A stretch of 60,000 nt of DNA from Vicugna vicugna. Its lineage: Eukaryota. The stretch spans positions 560,001 to 620,000 of the forward strand of contig MU057781.1 of NCBI GenBank assembly GCA_013265495.1, given 5' to 3'. Positions 1 to 12,010 of this stretch are shown here, in pieces (the stretch's first letter is position 1; every line of letters begins with the position of its first letter). Below the pieces are notes generated by a model. That model searched no databases. It saw only the letters and a list, made by a program, of their open reading frames with translations, and was not told where the DNA came from. The translations under genes were made by a program, and so were the position numbers.

Positions 1-298
1 CTCACAGATATAGAAAACAAACTGGTTACCTGGGGTAAAGGGGTGGGGGAGGGATAGATTAGGAGTTTGGGATTAACAGATAAACATTATTATATATAAA
101 ATAGATAAACAACAAGGACCTACCATATAGAACAAGGAACTATATTCAATTTTTTGTAATGAGCTGTTATGGAAAAGAAATCGAAATATATATGTATGTC
201 TGTATGTATGTAACTGAACCGCTTTGCTGCACATCTGAAACTAACATTGTAAATTGACTACACTTCAATTAAAAAAATAAGAATTAAAAAAAAAAAAA
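1..298 (+). mobile_element. L1 3' end with poly(A) tail
   Basis: Artiodactyl-type L1 3' UTR ending gactacacttcaatt followed by an A tract. Confidence 0.85.
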
Positions 299-729
299 CA
301 TAGAGACACTAAATGCAGATGAAGCCAGGTTTCCAGCAGGAGGTCCTGCCCCAGAGGTGGGGTCTTGCCCACAGGTGTGATCAGGCCTCACCGTCTCTTC
401 TCACTCAGCCCTCTCCTCCTGCCCGGCTCTCTGCTGCCCGGGCTCTGCCATCTCCCGCCGTGTCCCCCGGCTCTGTCTCCAGGCACTGTCCCTGGGCTAT
501 CGGGCCTTACAGCACTCAGCCCTGGCGCTCATTTGGATCCTGTCCTCACCTGCATTTCAGGTGAGAGCCCACATGTGCTCTCAGGTGGACTGTGGTCCAC
601 ACGGGACAGATTCCTTTCTTCCCTGTAAGGCTGGCTAATAAAACACGATTGATTCCTTTTGTAAAGGAGGTACAGGGGATTGGGACCAGGACCTCACACG
701 CCCTACCCCTGAGCTAGACCCACGCCCCC

Positions 730-1172
730 TTTTTTAAACTGAAGTGTGGTCAACTTACTATGTGTTAGTTTCTGGTGTACAGCATAGGGATTCAGTTATA
801 CACATATATATTCATTTTTAGACATGTTTATTATCTGATCCCATTTTTATTTTTAGTTCTTCTCATTCAAGAATACAAAGACTTAATTTTGAGGGGGTTA
901 ATTAGGTTTTTATTTACTTAATTAATTTTTAGAGGCAGTGCTGGGGACTGAACCCAGGACCTTGTACATGCTAAGCATGTGCTCTACCACTTGAGCTACC
1001 TGCTCCCCGCCCCATATATATTCTTTTTCGGATTCTTTTTCATCGCCATTTACTACAAGCCATTGAATATAGTTCCCTGTGCTGCACAGTAGGACCTTGC
1101 TGTTTATCTGTTCTGCACATAGTAGTGTGCGTCTGTTAATCCCAAACTCCTAATCTTTCCCTCCCCTCTCCC
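730..1172 (-). mobile_element. L1 3' end fragment interrupted by a SINE
   Basis: Reverse complement resembles the L1 3' UTR at 1-298. Confidence 0.75.
814..1012 (-). mobile_element. Camelid tRNA-derived SINE (Vic-1-like) with extended tail
   Basis: A/B-box body at ~930-1012; target-site duplication catatatattc at 803-813 and 1013-1023. Confidence 0.85.
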
Positions 1173-1845
1173 ACAATGGATGCTTTCTGATGATCCTTTA
1201 AAAAACACTCGTGTTTATGTATTTACATTGCGTGGAGTTGCTGCACAGCTCTAGGTAAGTTGCAGGGATGCCATGGCGACCCCCCACTGTGAAAGTTAGA
1301 CGCTTTTGACGCCTGAGTCTGCCCAGCACTGTGTGCTTAGTTGGCACTTTGGGATGCTGCTCCTGCTCATGAAATTTGGTGCCCCCCCACCCTCGTGCCG
1401 CCCATTCTGTTGGACGCCCAGGAGGCTGTCGCACTGTTGTCCCACAGTGGCCATCGTGGCTGCCTTTGCATGAGGACTGGGGTGAGGACTGCAGGGGAGC
1501 CCGCAGAGCAGTGCCGAGGAGTAACCACCACCCCCTCACTGAGCATTGCCTTCCTGCTGCCCAGGGGGAGGGGTGTGAGGGGACAGGAGCTGGGGGTAGG
1601 ACAGCCAGTGCTCCCACTGCTGAGACAGCTTCTGGACGTCTTCTCAGGTCAGACCAGTGTGATTGGCCAAGCCCCGGCCAGGGCCTTTCCTGCTTGGTCA
1701 CCTTGGAAATGGGGATCCCAGTGCCCAGGAGTGGGCACTCCTTGCTCACTCTCATGCCCTTGGAGATCATAAGGACCTTATAAGGTTGAAGCGTTGCTCG
1801 GGACCCGACACTGTCCCCCGGCCCACTCCCGCCAGTTCCCCAGAC

Positions 1846-2005
1846 CAGCGGTCTCCAAACCCGGCAGCCCAACCACATTGCCTGTGAGCCTTCCAAGGGT
1901 TCCGTTCCTGGTCCAGCCCAGGCCCACTGAGTCCTGGGACGGCACAAGGATGCAGCCTCTGAGACAAGATTCCTGGTGATTCTGAAAGACGCACTGACTT
2001 TTGGT
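1846..2005. mobile_element. MER5-like hAT/Charlie DNA transposon relic
   Basis: Begins cagcggtctccaaac and contains the cctggtgattctga motif typical of MER5. Confidence 0.5.
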
Positions 2006-2516
2006 CAAAATCAGAATTCCTGTGTCTCACTCCTTCAAGCCTCACCCTGCTCTCCTGGCTGCATCTGCCTCCAGGGGCTTCCAGCACGTGATGCATCTCG
2101 GGAGTGACAGGGTGGACAGAGGCACACCCAGGTCACGCTGTGTGTGAAGTGCAGAGGTCACAGGAACACCACGTGGTCGCACTGGTGGCCCAAACAGTGA
2201 CTCTGAGGGCTTCCAACCCAGAGTGAGCCAGGAAGGATGCACGTCCCAGGGCCTCAGATGACACAGGAGGGCACGCCCACTCCAGGTCCTGGGGGAACAT
2301 GCCCACAGGTGAGCGAGGGGCGAGGGGCCTCCGACCCTCTCTCCTCCCCGGACAGTGAGGAACCCGCCTCGCTTGGCGCACTGGTGATAGCCACTGCGAG
2401 GGTAACTAAAGTTTGTCTTTCTGACAAATTCATTGATGTGCAGTATAGTAACTTCGCCGTGGGAGTGAGGAATGGTGCCTCCTTCTGAGAAGCTGGTCTG
2501 CATCCCTCGGCTGGAA

Positions 2517-2535
2517 GACGCCCCCTGCTGTCCAA
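2517..2535 (-). promoter_or_regulatory. Candidate CTCF site
   Basis: Minus strand reads TGGACAGCAGGGGGCGTC, close to the CCASYAGRKGGCRS core. An NRF1-like TGCGCATGC lies at ~2548. Confidence 0.45.
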
Positions 2536-5382
2536 GATGCAGAAACCTGCGCATGCCCGAGGTGGACATCAGGCACAAGGGTGTGGATGGCGTTTTTTCC
2601 ATGAGACCCACAGTGGAGAGAGCCGCGGTGGTCCTCAGCAGGAAGCTGCAGAAGCGAACCGCGGTCGGTTCACATCCCCGGAGGCTGTCCGGCAGCACAG
2701 GGACCAAATGCTGACGCGCGCAGTCGTTTGGGAGCCTCACGCTGAACAATCCCATTTGTGCGAAGTTCCGGGCTGAGCTGATCCACGGTGAACCATGCCC
2801 GGAGGGCGGCGGCCTCTTGGAGCATGGGCAGTGCCGGCCGGGAAGGGGCCCTGGGTGCTCTGGGGAGGCGATCACGTTCTGCCCCCTGAGAGGGGTTTGG
2901 GTCGCACAGGAGCAGCCCAGCGGCTAAAGGCTCCCCAGGGGATGGGTGTGATCGGTGTGCATCTTTAGAAGAGGCCTGGAGTGCGAAATGACCAATGGTC
3001 CAGAGCGGAAGTGGAGGAACAGGGGGGCAGGTGTTTGTTTGTCGTGGTCCTTGTGGGCGTTTGTCCTGCTCCGTGACAGGCACTGTTCTGGGCCCTGGGG
3101 AGACAGCACGCGCAGGAACCAGCTGCCTGTGCCCGCGTGAATTTTACAACCCAGTGGAGAGACACGTGGAAAAAGGCTCAGATGGACACATCTCGGGGTG
3201 AGACTGTGCAATGGAGAGGACACAGCACTGTGAGGACAGGTGGGGATGGGCGGGGTCTCACCTGGGCTATCTCACCTGGGCTGCGGGGGTAAGGCCGCCT
3301 GAGGGGGTGGCACATTCACAAGATTTGAAGGCAGTCAGGCAGCTGCCTTGGGGAGAAGTGTCCTCCAAAAGGGAACAGCCAGTGCAGAGGCCCCGAGGGA
3401 GCCAGCTGGGTGCGACAGGTGTTCGGCAGGACCCAGTGTGTCTGGAAGAGGGAAGGGGTGGGGAGACAGGCGGAGAAGGGGCAGGAGGTCAGACCAGGGT
3501 GGGGGGTGCCTGGAGGCCAGAGGGATGCCAGCGGGTGGGGCTTGGGCAGAGGCATGGGGTGACCTGCTCCCACTTTAGGGCTGGCAGTGGGAGTGGGGCA
3601 CTCCTTAGGGAACGGCGAGAATCTGGGGTGGTGGCCTTGTCGCGGGGGGAGGGGGAAGAGGAGGTAGAAAAGACACAGACTGCCAGATCTGAAGGTACAG
3701 TTGTTTTAAGATGAAGCCACCAGCATTCGCTGATGGATTAGACACAGCACGTGAGAAGGGAAAGGAATTCAGCGGGATGGCAAGCTTGTGGTCTGCACAA
3801 CAGACAGGCAGAATTCAGAAAGACTGCCGGAGAGCCAGGCCGGGGAGGCAGGGAGTCAGCCAGGGCCGGAGCTGGGGGTTCACACGGTGCAGGCCCTGGG
3901 CGTTCGGGCCTGGGTGGAGGGACTGGTGAGGTGGCAAAGGCTGAGGAGACACGGTGGTGACAGAGGTAAAGACTGAGGGACACTGGTCGGGCAGGTGGCC
4001 GGGAGGGAAGCGGCCATGCACAGCGCACCGGGTACTGAGGGGCTCAGACCGCGGGAGCAGGCAGCTTGGACCCGGCAGGGAAGGGAAGGAGCCCAAAGTG
4101 CCCCGTCCTCCTGCAGCAGGACGCAGACGCCCGGAACTGCTCCAGGGCCCCACAGTGTGCCGCTGCTGCCCGAGAGCTGGGGCCCAGATCCAGGGGTGCC
4201 TGCAGCTCACAGCTGTAACGGCTGTCACACACCTTCTCCGGACCTGCGGGTGGTTCCGGGACGTGCAGTCCTGGGCCCCGACCTCTGCGCCGTTCCGCCC
4301 CGGGCCTCGGCTGTGCTCGCACGCACTGGCCTTCCTGGGTGGCGCTGGCTGCCACAGCAGCTAGCACTCAGCTGTCTGCGCTGCGCCCCGGTGGGCGCGC
4401 TCTGCCCCCAGACACCTGTGCGGCTCCCTCTTCCTTCCCGCTCTCTCAGATGTGACCATATCGTGTCAGCTGGCCCCCCTGTAAGAAAGAGAAAGCCCCG
4501 CTCCCTGCTGTGAACCCCAGGGTTTCCTGACTGGCTCCGCCCTGCGGCAGTTCTCCTCCAGCGTGCCTGCCCAGCTGACACCTTCAGCTGGTCTCCCTAT
4601 CTGTCTCTCCCTGTCGGACAAGCACTTGCCAGAGGTCTGAAGGACCAGACACCCAAGTGTTTTCGCTTAGAAAGGGGGCCTCGTGCGTGGGGCCACCAGG
4701 ACCTCCAAAGCGGCTGATTCAGTTAATGCTCAACCATGTTGATCACGGCAAATTACACTGAAAAGCAGACCCTCCAGAGCCACTGAAACCTGGTTCTGGG
4801 ACAGACGCAGAACTTGCGCACAGCTTTCCATGCTGGCCCTAGTGGACGCCTGTGGTCCTGGCCCCTCCTCTTGGAGGCCCCTCCCGGATTTCTGCTGGAA
4901 ACGCTCCCTGCTCTGGACCCGAGTGCTTCAGCTGCGTTTGCAGGTGTCCAGGACCAGTGGGGAGAGGGGTGGGCTTCGTGCTGCGTCGTCGAGCGGTGGG
5001 CATCCAGCGTTGTCGTTCCTGCCCCCAGGAGACCCGACCTGGACAGGAGCCGGGGGGGCCAGCAGAGCCGAGGGGGTGGGAGGGGGACAGCGTCCTGAGA
5101 GCTTGGATTCGGCCATAGTCCATCCTGCTCATTAGCCTGCTGCCAGCCTGTTTGCTTTTTAATCAGAACACGACTGAAAGCGTCCAACCACACGGCTGCT
5201 TTGTCCAGCTGTTTGTGTCCCCAGGTCCAGGAGTCCAGGGCCCGTGGGAAATGGTGAGACCGGTGACCTCACATCATGAAAGCACAGCACCGCCTCCACA
5301 TCCTGGTCAGCTCTGTCCCAGGCGCTCCTGGTCCCGGACGCTTCTCCCAGATGGCATGGTTCTCATTTTAAAAAGGCTGTGC

Positions 5383-5893
5383 TATATATTTATACAACGG
5401 AATACTACTCAGCCACAAAGAGGAACAAACCGATGCCATCTGCAGCAACATGGATGGACCTGGGGATCGTCATTCTAAGTGAACTGAGCCAGACAGAGAA
5501 AGAAAAATGCCATATGATGTTACTCATATGTGGAATCTAAAAAAAGAACAAAAGGAGACACTAATGAGCTCATCTACAAAACAGAAACAGACTCTCAGAC
5601 GTAGTAAACAATCCTATAGGTACCAGGGGAAAGCAGGCGGGAAGGGATAAACCTGGGAGTTTAAGGTTTGCAAATGTTAAGCACTTTATGGAGAAATAGA
5701 TTAAAAATTTCTTCTGCGTAACACAGGGACCTATATTCAATATCTCGTAATGACCTTTAATGAAAAGGAATATGAAAATGAATATATGTGTGTATATGCA
5801 TGACTGGGACATTGCGCTGCACACCAGAAATTGACACATTGTAATTGACTGTACTTCAATTAAAAAATAAATAAAATAAAATAAAAAATTAAA
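5383..5893 (+). mobile_element. 5'-truncated L1 (ORF2 end, 3' UTR, poly(A))
   Basis: gaatactactcagcc...gcagcaacatggatggacct...; A-rich tail at ~5860-5893. Confidence 0.9.
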
Positions 5894-6499
5894 GACACTG
5901 GCATTTAGGCTAACAGATTTCAGCAAGTTAATTCTTCACGACAAGAAATCAGTCCTTCCTGCATTTAAGCCCCTGGCCTGGGACTCAGGAGCGCCATGAT
6001 GTACTCCGCGCTGGAGGTCAGTCAGGGCTCCACGTCTGGGAAACGAGGTGATGGGGCTACTTCTAAACTTCCCTCCGTTCTGGCGATTCTCTGCTAATGT
6101 GGAAGGTTCTGGTTTTCCACTGGCATTCCAAATAATTGGCCTATTTAATGTAATATGGAAAAGACTATAGATCATCTAAGTACGGCTTAAATAATTATCA
6201 GGTAAATACCCATGTGGCCACCACCCAAGTCCGAAGAGAACGCGGGGGACCCGGAAGCCCTCTACAGGCTCCCCCCCACTCCCCACACCCCCCCAAAGGC
6301 AACCACTGTCCTGATTCTGAAAGTGCGCACTTCCCTGCTCTCCTCTACGCTGTCATTCCCCTAGGTACCTGGACAACACTTACTTAGGCTTAGTCTTGAA
6401 TTTTGTGTGACGTATTGTAAAAGGGGAAGGATTTACATGATCTGTGGAGAAACCAGAGTCTACGTAAGGTATCACATGAGTGAAGTAACATGATATGTA

Positions 6500-7430
6500 T
6501 TGATTGGAGTCTTGCTTTTAAAATTTTTGCTGCAGTACATTTCACAAGCAGGGAATGTGTGCATCCGTGTGCAGTGGGTCAGCTTTGACAAAGGCCGTCT
6601 CGCGTGTAACCCACGGTCCCGACGAGTTACAGGATGCCTCCATCATCTTGGTGATTCCCCCTTGGCCTTTCTTAGGTGCCGGGCCTGGTCCCCATCGCAG
6701 TGCGGGGATGCTCTGCGCTCCGTGCGGCTGAGCCCAGCACTCTCCATCTCCGGAGTCTCCTCCTCGCCCAGCGGACGGTATCTGCCCATGTGCCAGCTCC
6801 TACCTTGCACTGCAGAGGCGGGCCCCACCGCGGGAGCACAGCGAGCTGGGCTTCTGTCCTGTGCGCGGACCAGGGCTGAGCGTCGCCGTTCACTGTTGTG
6901 ACTAAAGCTGAACGTGCTTTGGAGAACAGACATTTTAAATGCTCTTGAGTAAATACTTAAAAATTGGGTCATGAGGTAGATGCACATCTAACTTTTTAAG
7001 AAACTGGTGGAAACCTTTCCACTCTCGCCAACAATTGTGGCAAGTCCGGCATCCCCGCGATCCTCTCCAGGCCATCGTCAGTGCCGTGGGATATGCTGCT
7101 GTCTGATGATATTTTTATTAACTTGTTTGCTCTTTTATTAGTATTGTTGTTACTGTTTTGTGTTTTTGTTTCTTTGGGGGCGTTCATTAGATTTACCTCT
7201 TCCTTTACGTTTAGAGGAGGTGCTGAGAACTGAACCCAGGACCTCATGCTCGCTAAGCGTGGGCTCTGCCGTTTGAGCTATCCCCTCCCCTGCGCTGCTA
7301 CTACTGGGTTGCACAATCCTTTGTCTTACCTACACGCCAGCTCCCTGTTAAACATGTGCACTGCAAGCATTTTCTAATTGCTCTGTCTCACCTATTTATT
7401 TTCTAACCAGTGTCTGTTGATGAGCAGAAC
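6500..7430 (-). mobile_element. Old L1M 3' region, GC-shifted, containing a SINE
   Basis: L1 3' end motifs such as aaatgctcttgagtaaatactta and ggaaacctttcc are recognisable. Confidence 0.55.
7105..7291 (-). mobile_element. Vic-1-like SINE
   Basis: ggaggtgctgagaactgaacccaggacc...tgagctatcccctcccc with T-rich tail. Confidence 0.85.
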
Positions 7431-7431
7431 C

Positions 7432-7591
7432 TTTTATTTTTTCTAAGATTAAAAAAAATATTTTGGATGGGGGAGGTAGTCAGGTTTATTCGGTTATTTA
7501 CTTTTGGAGGAGGTAGTGGGGATTGAACCCAGGACCTGGTGCATGCTAAGCACCGGCTCTGCCACTGAGCTGTACCCTCCTCCCTCCCCCA
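7432..7591 (-). mobile_element. Vic-1-like SINE
   Basis: ggggattgaacccaggacctggtgcatgctaagc...ccactgagctgtaccctcc. Confidence 0.88.
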
Positions 7592-7744
7592 CAAGTTTTT
7601 TTTTTTAAACTTTCTTCCTAGCCGTTCTGAAAAGGGCCTGCAGCCACACTCCCCATACAGAGCCCCAGGGAGAGGAACATGTTCGACCTCAGGGCGTCAC
7701 TAACGCTGCCGCTGAGCCGACACTCGTCCTCAGGAGCGAGGACT

Positions 7745-7879
7745 CGGAAACCAGCCCTGCCGGCGGCGTCTGACCTCTGACCTCCAGCCTCCAGAACCGT
7801 AAGAAACTGTTTCAGTTGTTAAACAGCCCCGCCCCCACCTGTGGGATTTTGTTACGGTGGCCGCCGCAGACCAATCCGA
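7745..7879 (+). mobile_element. MLT1 (MaLR) LTR 3' part
   Basis: gacctccagcctccagaaccgtaagaaa...gggattttgttacgg resembles the MLT1 terminus. Confidence 0.65.
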
Positions 7880-8029
7880 AGTTGCTCTCCTAAACACGCT
7901 AAACCTCCAAAGCTGCAGGAGCAGGTGGCTTTCCCGGGAGCACCCGCTCCAGGGCCCCAGCTCGCATCTTTGGTCTTACGGGAGGGGGGGTCCCTAAAAC
8001 AAGCTGGTGGACAAATAAAACGTAGAGCC

Positions 8030-8350
8030 TGCTGTAACCATGCTAAGCTGGCACTGGCTGGAAAAAGACTGATGGCATCACAGCCCTACTCGACTGGCCC
8101 CGGTAGACAGTGGGGAAGGGACTTGTACCCAGTGTGCCATTTTCAAGCAATGGGCTTGGTAATCTGCTTTACTGGGAAGGAGAGTCGGCTGACATAGTTG
8201 TCTATACAGATAATCAGGGACGTAGAAGGCATGGGTTTGCAGGATTCGGGTTAAGGAGGTCTGGGGAAGATGTGCAGGGATGGAGAGGCCTTTTGGAATG
8301 GGGCCAGATGTGCAAATGTTTGCATTCCACATGCATCTCACCAAACGCTC
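8030..8350 (+). mobile_element. ERVL/MaLR internal remnant (RNase H region)
   Basis: Frame-broken translation DSGEG..TQ.A / VYTD / KEVWGR resembles the ERVL pol motifs KDSGEGKSSQWAEL, YTDSW and KEVWGRGMW. Confidence 0.6.
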
Positions 8351-9049
8351 CCGCTCCGTGGGACTCGCCTGACAGTCAGGTGGAGAAGACCACCCAGAGA
8401 CTTACTGAGGGCCCTCTTCACTTTGACACTAACCCATCCACCATCGCCTCTGACCCAGAAACCAAGGCAGGGCGGCCGGGCTTGACATCCGTGGGGCCTC
8501 CGAGTCCTTCTCGCGCCCGTCAGGGCAGAGATGGGCGGAGAGGTGAAACCGCCTCACAAGGTGCCCAGGGTACCACTGGGAGAGCAAACCTGTGCTCTTA
8601 GGTACCTCCTTAGCCAGCTGGCTTTCCTGAGGCCAGAAAGCAAGGGCCCAGGTACCCCGGGAAGGCAAGCAGCCCACGGGGGAACGTTGTGCCCTGCACA
8701 CGGGTTTCCATGGAGCAGTATTTGCTCCTCCTGCGCCGCATTCCTGAGCCGGACCTCCTCCAGCGACTCTAAGGGGTGGGTGTGGGTGTTCGTCCCACTT
8801 TGCGGATGAGCACTGAGACCTGCAGCCGGCAGCGGCGCTGGGCTGGGATCCTGGCACCCCGCAGGCCCCGGAGGCGCGGCTTAACCGCGGATTTGTGGGT
8901 CTGAATCCGGAGCAAGGACATGATTTGCTCCACGCAAGGCTCCAAAAAGCACTTCTCTCTCCTCAGGGCGGAGAAAGGCAGCATTTGGAGATGGGAAGCC
9001 AGGAGTTAATGGTTAAAACACACACGTGCAGCACCTGCGTGCGTCTTCA

Positions 9050-9910
9050 CGGCCGAGGTGCGGTGAGTCGTTCTCCCCAGGAACGTCCCTGGTGAACCCG
9101 CGCCCGCGCGCCGAGCAGCGCGGGCGGCCCCGAGGCGGCCCCTCTCCCCTCCCCCCTCCTCCGCACCCTCCCCTCCGCAGCCGGGTTATTTTTGGCAGCG
9201 CGGTTTCCTGATTTTAATAGACCGCAAACCTGCTCCTTAAAAGCATAGGCGGGGCGGAGAAGGAAAAGACGAGGCGGGGCGGGGGTGTCGCGGAGCCGCG
9301 CGGCGGGGCGGGGAGTGCCGGGGGAGGGCCCGGGTTTGGGGCGCCCGCCCGCCGTGACGCGCGCCCCCCGCCAGCCGCAGCGCCACTGCAATGGCTGAGC
9401 CGGGCCGTCGGACGACGCCGCCCGGAGCCCCGGAGCCGCCCGCCCGCGGGGAGCCTCGGTACCGGGCCTCTGCGCTGCGCCCGCGCCCGGCACCGTGCGT
9501 CCGGGGCCCGGGCGCCCTGCGCGGCGGAGCCGCGGGGTGGCCGGGCGGTGGCGGGGTGGCAGCGGCCGTTCGTTCCCACCCGCGGCCCGGGGGTGGCCCG
9601 TTAGGTTGTCTTGAGGTGGCCCCGCGGGTGGCCTGGAAGTGGCGGGGCGGCGGGATGACGTCCCTTAGGCCGGGGTCTGTCAGCCGCGTCTCCCCTGCCG
9701 GCGGCGGGGGTCCTCTCTGCCTCTCCAGGCGTCCCCCGTGGGTCATCGGCCACCCCTCCGGACCGCTCTGGTTTCCCGGGAAGCGGGGGGCTTGGCGGCA
9801 GGCGCACAGGCCTGGGCGCGCGCGGGGACGCCGGCGCTGGGTGGGCGCGCAGGTGCTCGCGCCCGGGGACCGCGACTCGGCGTTTCCGCGTCGCCGACCG
9901 AGCTGCCCTC
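9050..9910 (+). promoter_or_regulatory. CpG island promoter, probably the upstream promoter / non-coding exon 1 of JAKMIP3
   Basis: Very high CpG and GC density, several GGGGCGG GC boxes between 9248 and 9315, a TGACGC half-CRE near 9355, an ATG at 9391 and a possible donor CG|GTACCG at 9459. Assignment to JAKMIP3 is inferred from position. Confidence 0.75.
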
Positions 9911-11703
9911 AGAAAGGCGCGGCCCTTGCGTTTTCTGTGTTTTGGTTTTTTTGGTGTCCAGTTTTTTTTAATCTCCCGTGTTCCTGTTTCCGGGGGTGGT
10001 GGCGTAGCTGTCGGATGCTCAGAATAGGGGGAGCTCCAGAATGAAGGGTTTCATTGGGTGTCAAGAGGAGGCACCGGCCTCCAGTTTTCCTAGAAAAACC
10101 TGCCTATCCTTTTGACCTTGTATCTCCGCAAAAGCGGAGGAGCGGTTGGGATTCTCAGCAGTTCTTCCTGCTCCGCATCTTGGGTTTGGATTCGTTATCC
10201 TCTTCCTGCAGTAAAAGCTTCCCTGTGGCCTGCTGTCTGCACATGGAAGGAACAGATACGGCAGGTGGAGGCTCTGACTTGCAGGAAAACAGCGCGAAAT
10301 CGGAGGTGCCTTGGCTGCCACCGAGGGAGCAAGGAGCTGTTAGGTGCAGGGAGGACCCGCTGCGGGCCTGGGGTTGGGGGCTGCCCTGCCTTGAGTTGGG
10401 TGGAGGGAAAAGATTCCGGCAGTGTGTCTGGAGGGCCCAGGAGTAAAAGCGGGGCCAGGACCCTCCTAGACCCTTCATGCTGTTTTGATATTTTTTGTGA
10501 TTGGGCCGGTGAATAAAGACTCACTTTGGCAACTACCCGCAATAATTTTCCCCACATTAATGGCAGACAGGGCCCTGCTTACCTCCTTGTAAGCTTCAGC
10601 ATTAAGGAGCAACATTTTTCTGTTCAAGTGTTTCCAGGACCCATTAACAGAACGTTGACTGGCTTTCAGGAGGCAGGGGGTTGCATCACGGTCACCAAGT
10701 CTCAGGGTCTGGGGTTTTCAGTGTCACAAGTTTGCATTCACAATATCTGCAAGATCTAGGTTGTGAGCGATGGCATAACACTGAAAACCTGCTATGAAGA
10801 GGAGGAGAAAGAAAAGTGCTGATAAAAATGTCAGCCATGACACAGCGCCTGCTCTGTGCCGGCACGGTCCTGTCGCTCTGCCTGTGTTGAGGTGTGTAGC
10901 TGTCACCCTGAGAGCAGGCACAGGCTGCAGGAGGCCCAGGAGAGGCCTGAGGATAGAGGGGGTACCTCGGGAGCCTGGCTTGGAACACGCCCTCGGCGAG
11001 CTGGCCGGAAGTGCAGCCTCACAGCCAGTCACCAGGAGTGAGAAGCCTGAACCCAGGGGAGGGGACGGCCCTTGACTCAAGTCACAGAGGAGCGCTACCC
11101 CGTGTCTCTTAGGCATAGTCCAGGGACTGAGGGGACCTCACCGGGGCCTGCGCCCCGCACCAGGCTGCGTCTCCAGCTCTGCCGGCCCCACCCTGGAGTC
11201 TGCCTGCTCCCGGGCGAGGCCAAGTGCCTGGGCCCTTCCTCACTGGGGCTGGTCTGCCGTGAACTGGTCCCCAGTGGCTGTGCTGTGTCACAGTCCGGTG
11301 TGGAGTTGGGAGGCTGTGTCCTCGCACCCAGCAGGATTTCCTGCTAAAGGTGACTGGCCTGTGGCTGACCTCCGGGGAAGGGTCACGCCTCCCTGCTGAT
11401 TTGCCCCTGGAAGAGGCTGCTTAAGTCAGTCACATCTGTGCACTCTGGGCAAGCGAGCTCGAGACCCCCACTCCCTCCCTGGCTCTGGGCTGCCAGGCTG
11501 CGGGTCCCCTGTGGCGACACCCAGCAGAGATCCTGCAGGGGAGGGTCCTTCCTTGCTGCCCTCCTCTGAGCCTCGGCCTCTGGCCTACGACTCACCCGAG
11601 CACTGGCCAACTCCAGCAGGATCTCGGGGGGGCCTCTGTGCAAGTCTCCCCAGTACACTGAGCCCTCGGGCTCCTTTGCGCCTGACTTTTGCTCCTCCCC
11701 TCC
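9167..11703 (-). pseudogene. Downstream exon relics with coiled-coil-like translation
   Basis: 11703-11596 (open, ...EILLELASAR|GTGAGT); 10788-10583 (long polypyrimidine acceptor, donor GAG|GTAAGC, YAIAHNLDLADIVNANL*...KMLLLNAEAYKE); 10236-10117 (...*RIQTQDAEQEELLRI...YK); 9235-9167 (EQVCGLLKSGNRAAKNNPAAEGR). Confidence 0.55.
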
Positions 11704-11804
11704 CTGATAATAAAATAAATTCTAAAATTGTGGAAAAGTGAAATCAAGACATCAGTACTACCGGAATGAATACCTGCACAGGTGACTCCTGTGCATGGAC
11801 AGGT

Positions 11805-12010
11805 GCTGCTGGGCACTGGCTTCTGTCCCCCAAGTTCGTATGTTGAAGCCTTGGCCCCCAGTGTGTTGGTATTTGGCGAGGTCTTTGGGAAGTAACGGGT
11901 TAGATGAGGTCGTGGGGTGGGGCCCCCAGGCTGGGGTTAGTGCCCTTAGGAGAGACACCAGCGCGCTTGCTCTGCCTGTGTCTCCTCCTGCCAGGCAGCG
12001 GGCTCTGAGA
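11805..12010 (+). mobile_element. MLT1A-like LTR 5' part
   Basis: gtcccccaagttcgtatgttgaagcc...ggtatttgg...ggttagatgaggtc...gcccttaggagagacacc. Confidence 0.75.

Noticed and set aside
9391..10044. 217-aa ORF in the CpG island as a protein-coding gene
   Set aside because: Low-complexity G/R/P/A content typical of stop-poor GC-rich DNA; no recognisable domain.
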